Positions 56,054-64,000 of a stretch of DNA of 64,000 bases are shown piece by piece. Every line of letters begins with the position of its first letter. Positions within the stretch are counted from its first letter, which is position 1. The DNA is taken from the NCBI GenBank assembly GCA_951406725.2, contig OX597818.1, positions 67,394,001-67,458,000 on the forward strand. Reading direction: 5' to 3'. The notes under the pieces were generated by a model that was not told the DNA's origin, ran no database searches, and saw only the letters and a list, made by a program, of their open reading frames with translations. This DNA comes from Octopus vulgaris. Its lineage: Eukaryota. Position numbers and translations under genes: made by a program.

Positions 56054-57161
56054 TACACTGGAAAGGACCCAGTAAAAGAGAAAGAGACGAATCAAGGTTC
56101 AAGAGTTGTTGAAGACCCAATAAAAGAACTTGAAAATACTTGTCGCAATATAACTTGTGATAATTATTTTACCAGTCTAAGATTCGCTCGAAAGCTGCTT
56201 AGCAAGAAGACTAGTTTAGTCGGAAGAATTAGAAAGAACAGTTGAACTTCCAGGTGCTTTCACAAATGAAAAAGGAAGAGAAATCAACATCACAATATTT
56301 GTATTTCAAAAGGAATCTATGATCCTATCTTATTGTCCCACGAAAAATTATGTAATCACACTTATGAGTATAATGCACTCTCAGCCGTCAATTGATTCAA
56401 GAAGTGCTGTAAAGAAACTTGAAGTTTTTACATGTTACAACAAAATGAAAGGAGGAATATATACACTGGTATATACACTCTCACCATGGTAAGGATATAC
56501 ACTTGCAAAAGAATGACTCGGAGATAGCCTCTAGTAATATTCTACAACATGATTGGTATAAGTGCAGTGAATGCTTTCATTGTCGCTAAATAGATTCACT
56601 TGCAAACTTTCAAGGATAAAAGAAGACAGTGCGTAATTCAGTAAGGAAAGGAACATGCCGGAGTTAATGCTAAACAAGAACATCACAATCAATCTTCTAG
56701 TTTCTCAACAAAACAAGGAAAGAAGACGCTCTTCAACCTCATTTGAGATTCCTCAACCAAAGAAAGAAGGAAGTGTTTTTTTGTGTGCCCTCGTCCAAAA
56801 AAAGCAGGAAAACTCGTACTACACGTAAGAGTTGTAATATCCATGTTTGCCACGAACATTCCAATGTTGTCTGCATTCACTGCCATGAATAACTGTGATT
56901 CTGTATATTTGTAATTTTTAAAATTTATAATATGTTCTGTAAGCTGTATTTTTTTAAATAATTTGTGAGAAACAGTAATTCTTCATTCACCTGACAGCAT
57001 AATGTAATGTAGGTAAGAAATAGCCACAGTTGATAACTAGTGACATACATTTTTCTCTGGTATACCAAAGGATAATTCACCGTTGCTATTGTGCCACTGT
57101 GTTTCGAGAGAGAAAATGGTATGAAATACCTGTTAACTTAATAATTTATCCGAAAATGTAA

Positions 57162-57478
57162 GCTAATGCCACGTTGTCAAGGCAATCCAAAATTGGTTAA
57201 ATCCAAAGTGAACTAAGAAAATATCTCTATTAGACAAACGCATACAAAAAGAACATTAAGAAAATATAAATTCTAAGAAAAGCCAGTTTAGTACTTAACT
57301 TTTGTTGACTTTAGCAGAAAAAGAAAGAATGAAAGATAATCACAGGAATCCTATGTCACGGCAATTAGATACATAGAAATTGTACGTCGTTTCAATTAGT
57401 TATCTATTAAATGTGAAAAGCAATTATAATTAATAGGTTACTTAGCATTTGCGGTCGCCTTGACAACGTTGTGTTAGC
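57162..57478. repeat. possible old MITE with short inverted termini
   Basis: ACGTTGTCAAGGC (57171-57183) and GCCTTGACAACGT (57457-57469), extending imperfectly to GCTAA/TTAGC. Confidence 0.5.
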
Positions 57479-57724
57479 ATATATTTTTTAATATATCAAT
57501 TTGATTGATAATTTATACTTTTTTTGTATCTAAATATTCTGGCGCAACAGAAACGATCTTCGATATTGTATGATGTAATTACCAATTACAAAAGGGATTT
57601 TCTTCATTGTTATTCTTCTAGATTAAAACATAGTGCAGGGTGACCCTACATGGGGTGCTCAGCTTAAATGAGATGCTCAATTAGTACTAGGTTTCTTTCT
57701 CTGAATGTTGTATTCTTGTGAGTG

Positions 57725-57957
57725 AAGGTGGCGAGCTGGCAGAGACGTTAGCACGCCGGGCGAAATGCTAAGCAGTTTTTCGTCTGCTGTTAGGTTCAGA
57801 GTTCAAATTCCGCCGAGGTCGACTTTCCCTTTCAACCTTTCGAGGTCGATAAATTAAGTTCCAGTTACGCACTGGGGTCGATGTAATCGACTTAATACCT
57901 ATGCCTGTCCTTGTTTGTCCTCTCTGTGTTTAGTCCCTTGTGGGTAGTAAAGAAACC
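57725..57957 (+). mobile_element. SINE family B, full length, with 22-bp target-site duplication
   Basis: GAATGTTGTATTCTTGTGAGTG at 57703-57724 and 57958-57979; A/B boxes in the head. Confidence 0.94.
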
Positions 57958-59129
57958 GAATGTTGTATTCTTGTGAGTGTTAAGTGTTCAATTCCACTCT
58001 TACTTAATGTGAAGACAAATTTTGTTTCCTTTTTATGCACGATGTAACACTTTTGTTCATCGATAGAGAACAAGGCTGAAATCGCTGTAGTGAACCACAA
58101 TTTATGAGTGATATTGTTTATACATCACCTGACTTGGTGTATTCCAAGCTTTGGATGTGGAGCCTATAGCCGACTGTGGAATACCTGCCATGAATGTACC
58201 AGTGTAAATTTTACACGTTGAATATTCTCTCGGTACTTGAGAATGTGCACATAACTGGAGTAACAGAGTTGTATTTACTTTGGTTAGTACGCATTTGTCA
58301 GCACACATTGTTAGGGATTGATAGATAAATAAATAGAGGGATAGATAGACATGTATATATGTATGCATGTATATGTGTATGAATGTATTGATGTGTGTAT
58401 ATATACCTATGTAGTTTTGAGAGAACAAAAAGTAAGTTGTAACAAGTGAAGCCGTTAAATTTAGCGAACACAGCTCTGTGGTCGCATTTCCAAATTTAGC
58501 CTTCCATTTTATTAAATTGACAGCGCTGCAACTTCCGTCATATATTCCTCTAAAAAGAAAAATAATTATGTTGACAATATTTATCGTGTGCGATTTGAAT
58601 TCCGATATTAGTAGAGTGAAAGACAATGAATTTTGCAGAATGTATTGTTCGCAAGACAATATAGTATAGTATCAATTATATACCAAAATACATCCAAATT
58701 GTGATGCCTTGAGACATATGACAGCATCATTTGTCAAACAGTTGTATGGAGAGAGTCAGAAACAAGTTTAATCGTTGTCATTGTTCGCTGATTGGGGAGA
58801 CGTAAAGCACACAAAATTGAAAAGGCACAGTGTTAAGTGTGTTTTATTTCTGATCACATTTAGCGCTGTTTTATTCATTTTCTTGTGCGATGAGGATTGC
58901 TTAAAAACAAATTAACCGTCCTTGAACAAACTTATCAAATATGTTCCACGGATGGTCAACTTGTAACGTTTTCATTCATCTCTGAATATTAAAAGACGGT
59001 TGCATTTGATTTGAATGACATTTGGCTGAAAATCTTCAGGTTTAATTGATCTCGTAAAGGTTCCTTCTCTGGTACTTTGTTATTAATGTACTTCATGCCA
59101 CACAATACTATCAGTAATATTAATGATTG

Positions 59130-59725
59130 CAGCTTTGCCGGATCATTAACGCACCGAGCAAATGTGCTTAGTGGCATTTCGTCGTCATTACGTTATAAGT
59201 TCAAATCCTGTGGCGGTTGAATATATCTTTCATCAATAAAATACGTACCAGTTTAGTACTGGGGTTTATGTGATCCACTTACTCCCTCTTTCGAAATTAC
59301 TGGAGCTGTACCAAAATGTAAAACCAGTATTATTACTAATGCGAAGGCATTTAGCTGGCAGAGGCGTTAGCACGCCGGTCAAAAGTGCTTTGCAGCGTTT
59401 CCTCCGTCGCTTAGTTTCTGAGTTCAAATTACAGCGATGTGGCCTTTGCCATTCATCGCCTTGGAATCGATAAAATAAGTATCAGTCAAGCACTGGGATC
59501 AATGTAATTGATGTACCCCACCTCATCTGAAACTGCTCGCATAGTATATATACATTCGACTTCTTCAGTTTCGGTACACCTAATCCACTGAGAATGTTAT
59601 GGTTAGCTCGGTGTTATAGTAGAACATATTTGGCCAAGAGACTCGCCCGAGGTGCCCAAGGTTCACTAGGACTTAACTCGGAATCAGGTGATTGGGAAGC
59701 AATCGTCTTCCCATACAGCCACGCC
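59130..59725. mobile_element. SINE cluster: two family-B-like copies (+, ~59130-59330 and 59345-59540) and one family-A head (-, 59556-59725)
   Basis: GCTGGCAGAGGCGTTAGCACGCCGG..GAGTTCAAAT; reverse AGGCGTGGCTGTATGG. Confidence 0.8.
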
Positions 59726-60524
59726 TTTTCTTATATGATCGTTATGTCTTGAAAAGCAATTGTGAAAATCTATATGACCATAAAGCAAGCAACCATTTCA
59801 AATGCAGTAACTGCAATTCGACATACTGCATTTAATACAATGTTCCTATGAATGTTCCCATTCAGAAAACAGCCATACAATTTGGTTTCGCTTCTGTAAT
59901 TTCAGCTCCAGTGTAAATCTGTTGAATCTGCTTTCTCTTCTCATCGTATTTACATGCATTTCTAATATCTCACGAAATGTAATATATCAAGCCTAACAAC
60001 ATTCTAATAGATCAAACAACGGACAATGGAGTCTTCGCAAACTGGAGAGAGTTAATAACATACATTCTCCGCTGATAATACAGACGCATCTATACTTTCA
60101 GTCAATGAGCAAGCAGTCTATTATCTTTACTGTTGAATGCAATAAAATAAATATTTAGCCGGAAGTGAACTTACTTTCTCTTTCACTAGATGAGTGGTAT
60201 GCTAATATGACCAACTTATTTGAGATTTTATATAACAATAAATTTGATAAAAGCATCTTTTTCCATTAATATGTAAATTTGATAAAACTTTTGTACAATA
60301 AAATTTACTCCGAAATAAAGTTTATCCAACGTTGAAATTTAGAGAAGCGTATATAGATTTGTTATCAAGGAAGAGAGAAATGAACAGAGAGAATATGAAA
60401 GGGGGCACACACGAAAATATCTCAATTCAAGATGTTTTCTATACACTTAGTTCAAATGGTGAAGTTTAAAGTTAAACCAGCTCAATCGCTAGTTCTTCAT
60501 TCTCATTGATGATTCGTGTTCAAG

Positions 60525-60778
60525 CTGAACAAACGGAAAATCTTGGTCATGAAATTAACGCGGAAGTGGCTGATTGCTCCACAGACATGCGTACATTTAA
60601 CGTTGTTATGAGAGTGATACAGCATGGCCCAGGGGTTGACAAAGCCGGTTCTTTGAATTAGAACTACTACTCATTTTTCCCAGCTGACTAAAGAGGGACA
60701 CTGTGAAATAAACTGGGTTACAACAAACGACGCTAAGAAAGTGACCCGAAAACCGTAACCACTGAGCTACGCGTCTTC
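60525..60778 (-). mobile_element. SINE family C, diverged
   Basis: GAAATTAACG..AAGTGGCTGA..CTCCACAGACATG; head TAACCACTGAGC on the plus strand. Confidence 0.8.
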
Positions 60779-61147
60779 AAAATATTTTCAACAATATCCC
60801 TAGACAAATATAGAGGTAACAGTCGTTAATCTTCTGATATTACTTTCACAACGAAGCAACAATGCCACTTTTTCCTAAAACTGTCGACTTACCATAGCTA
60901 ATACGATATTTAAGATAAAATATATATTATAAGATAAAAGACGTAAACGATGTGTCGAATAATTGGCAGACGTCACGTTGGCTCAGTATGTCTGATAAAT
61001 TTCAATTTTAGCGTCACATCATACTATAACAGAATTCATATGACTGTCATTTTTTTTTACAAAAATTGACTACTTCAGTAATACAATTATGAATTATTTA
61101 GATATTTCTCAATTGCTCATAATAAACTGAGATTGCTCTTGTGTGTA

Positions 61148-61194
<47 letters not shown>

Positions 61195-61258
61195 GTGAAT
61201 GAATTTGCATGTGTGTGTGCGTGCATGCGTGTGCATGTGAGTGTGAGCGTACGTGAGT

Positions 61259-61295
<37 letters not shown>

Positions 61296-61427
61296 CGTCT
61301 GTGTGCTTTTGGAGCGCAGAGAAGAAACGAATGTTCAACCAATGTGTACGATAAAAAATATTATTGAAAAAATATATATTTCTTAGTTCCATAACATTTT
61401 GGAGATATGTCTGAAATCAATGAGTCA

Positions 61428-61448
61428 AATATAATAATAATAATAATG

Positions 61449-61521
<73 letters not shown>

Positions 61522-61535
61522 TAATAATAATAGTA
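61428..61535. repeat. (AAT)n microsatellite; another at 62992-63055
   Basis: Directly visible. Confidence 0.97.
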
Positions 61536-61897
61536 ATATAATGAACTGATGAGAATTGATATTTAGACACGAAATCTATTGACATCACACATATTTTGAT
61601 ATCCTTATATTTCATGTAAACCACCACACACATTTTAGCCAGCCCTTCTGATTTCCTCCTAATCATTGCTCCTGTAGATAGCAAGCCTCCTCTCATTGAC
61701 TTTGGTTCCTGTATTTTTTCCCTTGGCCAATATTAACTCTATGGTAATTCTGCAGTTTCTATTTCTCGTATTAAATTCTGTCATCATTTATTAGGGAGTA
61801 CATATTTTCCCTTTATCAAGTTATTTTAGTGTTTGCAGAAAAGGGCTTTCTCTTCTCTCAAGCTACTTGTCTGACCCTATGGTATTGGTTTACTATG

Positions 61898-62287
61898 GTG
61901 ACACTCCGTTGGTTACGACGACTAGGGTTCCAGTTGATCCGATCAACGGAACGGCTTGTTCGTAAAATTAAAGTGCAAGTGGCTGAGCACTCCACAGACA
62001 TGTGTACCTTTAGCGTGGTTCTCGGTGAGACTCAATGTGACACAGTGTGACACAGTGTATGACAAGGCTAACTCTTTGAAATACAAGTACAACTGAAACA
62101 CGAGGAGATAGTGAGAGAAATTTGTGGTGAAAGACTACGTCACGGTTCGCCACCACCCCTTGCCGGAATCTCGTGGAGCTTAAGGTTTTCGCTCAATAAA
62201 CACTCACAACGCCCTGTCTGGGAATCGAAACCGCGACCCTACGACCGCGTGTCCGCCACCCTAACCACTGAGCCATTGCGCCTTCAC
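61898..62287 (-). mobile_element. SINE family C, near full length
   Basis: Head GGCGCAATGGCTCAGTGGTTAGGG...GGTTTCGATTCCC; body shared with four other copies in the window. Confidence 0.92.
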
Positions 62288-62834
62288 ATTAGTTTAGTAT
62301 ATTTGTTCTAGTAAGATAAGCCTTCAGCCACCGTCTCTCTTCCGCAGATACATTCTACCAATATGTTTTCAGATGGTGCATTTTGCCCATTGTTAGTTTT
62401 TTGTGTGTTTCAGTATCCGGTTCTTTTTTCAGATTGTTAACTGCACAGTTGATGATTTTGACGGCAGAGTTATAACTGCTACTGCCCGTGTGCTGATGGC
62501 TTCAGAATTGTTAACAACATTCACTTTATTCGGGAGAACCATCCTGATATTTAGGTAATTCCTTTTGAAAAACGTATTCTTTCATTAAATAGTTTTTTCC
62601 TTCCATCATTCCGTCATCTTCATTGACACTAGGATATTTGTCGGGGCCTTTGATTCTTCGACGGCGGAGAAATTTTATAGCAATTTTCCATGTTTGATAG
62701 TGAATTTGCAAGTTTATCTAGAACAAACTCTATACCTATATCATGACTGGATGTCTTTACTCTGTTCAGGTCTCTCTGCACGAATGCCAGTGAGTTTAAT
62801 AAGAAGTGCTTCGTCGATAGCATCGATGCCACGA

Positions 62835-62982
62835 CTAGACTGGAGCATTATTTTTCGACCGTGAAAGGAGGCAAGTCAAAATTGACCTGGGCGAAATTTC
62901 GATTCCAAAAGTTAACACGTGGAACAAATATTCTAACGTATTTTGTCCAACGCTGTAACGCTTCGGCCAGCTCACCGTCTTT
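62835..62982 (-). mobile_element. SINE family B fragment
   Basis: Reverse GACGGTGAGCTGGCCGAAGCGTTACAGCG head. Confidence 0.75.
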
Positions 62983-62991
62983 GACCGGTTG

Positions 62992-63055
<64 letters not shown>

Positions 63056-63575
63056 GGATGTTCCCTGGGAGCCTCTCTCCAAAAAACGAATTTAATCCAA
63101 CAACATCGTTGCAATGGAAGAAAGGTTCCACAAAATATATTTTCCAAACTTTCTTTTAAGGCAAAGTAACCAAAAAAGTCCGAACTATTATTGCCATATA
63201 TAGTATGGTTTTCTTTCTTTTATGCATAATAATTCCATGTGACATGCATAAGAAATAGAAGCGAACATCAGAGCTCTTGAAAGACAGTAAGTACATAAAT
63301 TAATTAATTAATTAATTAATTAAATAAGTATACATGCAACTGTTTATGCATACACGTAGACATTTTAATTGTAAAGTATACATGCAACTGTTTGTGCATA
63401 CATGTACACATTTTAATTATAAAGCATAAATAATGCATACACGCGCTCACACGTACACACAGAAAAAAAAACCACGTTACGCGGACGAAAACAAAACAAA
63501 AACAAAGCGATTTTTCACGAACAAACGCAAAAAAGAGCAAATTGGTCACTGAATTTAGAAAGTCACTGAACAGTT

Positions 63576-64000
63576 ATGCCCGGAAACATGACTACCAAAA
63601 TAAATAGAGGCGAATTTCGATCTGTAAGTCTTATGCGAGTTCGATATGAACAATATATTAATTCGGAGAATTCAGAAGCGGTGTCTTGTCAAAAAATTGA
63701 CCCTGTACAAACACTCCCTTCTTCTAACGACACCGTCACAGAGGCGGCGTCTTGTCAAAAAGTTGACTCTGAAAAAATGGACCCCTCTGATGTCGCCGTC
63801 AATCATTTAATGAAAACAAGCCAAAAATCATGCCGGATCGGTCATCGCCCGGGACAACAAGGACCGCGTTACCCAGTAGGGAACCAGACTGGGGTCGAAA
63901 AGTTTGCTGCTGGAACAAACTCTCAAAAAGACGATCTACCAGGTGACCAGAACCAGAATACTTCTAACTCTGGACTTGTAGTGACACCACCAAAAACACC
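63576..64000 (+). CDS. open ORF running off the window, probably the N-terminus of an R4/Dong-type retrotransposon ORF
   Basis: ATG 63576 then 141 stop-free codons: MPGNMTTKINRGEF...EAVSCQKID...EAASCQKVD...RIGHRPGQQGPRYPVGNQ...; absent from the ORF track because it has no stop. Family call is by resemblance only, with no catalytic motif in view. Confidence 0.55.
   Translation, partial: MPGNMTTKINRGEFRSVSLMRVRYEQYINSENSEAVSCQKIDPVQTLPSSNDTVTEAASCQKVDSEKMDPSDVAVNHLMKTSQKSCRIGHRPGQQGPRYPVGNQTGVEKFAAGTNSQKDDLPGDQNQNTSNSGLVVTPPKT

Larger units (their letters stand above)
53049..56892 (+). mobile_element. piggyBac transposon relic split by a Tc1 insertion
   Basis: Probable left end TTAA|CCATCTGCCTACC with GGTCCAATGGACC palindrome; right end not identified, so the feature ends at the transposase stop. 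Confidence 0.8.
53599..56892 (+). pseudogene. piggyBac transposase pseudogene (53599-54442 plus 56056-56892)
   Basis: Acidic N-terminus; ELKKFIG, LHFDD, DKLEP.REVFE, YITSKPVKYGI, NMQIY|TGK, NITCDNYFTS, YNKMKGG, RR*PLVIFYNM, C-terminal Cys-rich C..C..VCHEH...VCIHC. The VDEQL (first catalytic Asp) segment is deleted; stops and frameshifts. Confidence 0.93.
61540..63200 (-). mobile_element. old R4/Dong-type RT relic interrupted by SINEs and (AAT)n
   Basis: VKTSSHDIGIEFVLDK resembles FSxDIGMEFGLDK; then AISTRAVAVI, IIN, KLTMGKMHH, RMYLRKRDGG*RL. Clearest at 62315-62830; outer limits uncertain. Confidence 0.75.

Noticed and set aside
57115-57137. Candidate right TIR of the piggyBac relic (GGTATGAAATACCTG-TTAA)
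   Set aside because: It matches the left end CCATCTGCCTACC poorly.
62195-62287. tRNA-like sequences, also at 9720, 57725 and 886-950
   Set aside because: They are SINE or retroposon heads without complete cloverleafs, not tRNA genes.

Overview
AT-rich, microsatellite-saturated animal DNA that is intronic or intergenic. The tRNA-derived SINE families and (TA)n/(GATA)n/(AAT)n load resemble an octopus (coleoid cephalopod) genome, which is an inference. I found no convincing host protein-coding gene, and almost all ORF-track entries are translations of simple repeats. DNA transposons: a dead mariner with an intact TIR, a full-length IR/DR-type Tc1 (DD34E) inserted at a TA inside a dead piggyBac transposase gene, a DD37E-like Tc1 relic, and piggyBac- and hAT-type MITEs. 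Retroelements: R4/Dong fragments near (TAA)n, a probable young ORF running off the right edge, RTE relics, three SINE families and many Penelope-like (PLE) relics. The most interesting signal is RNA-structural. Three copies of a ~190-bp (TA)n-associated element carry a minimal hammerhead-ribozyme-like core with a shared non-canonical A6-to-U change. Several fold-back (inverted-repeat) PLE ends abut (TA)n tracts, and a 191-bp rod-like hairpin with a perfect 47-bp stem sits inside one of them. All alignments and translations were done by eye, so boundaries of degenerate elements are approximate.
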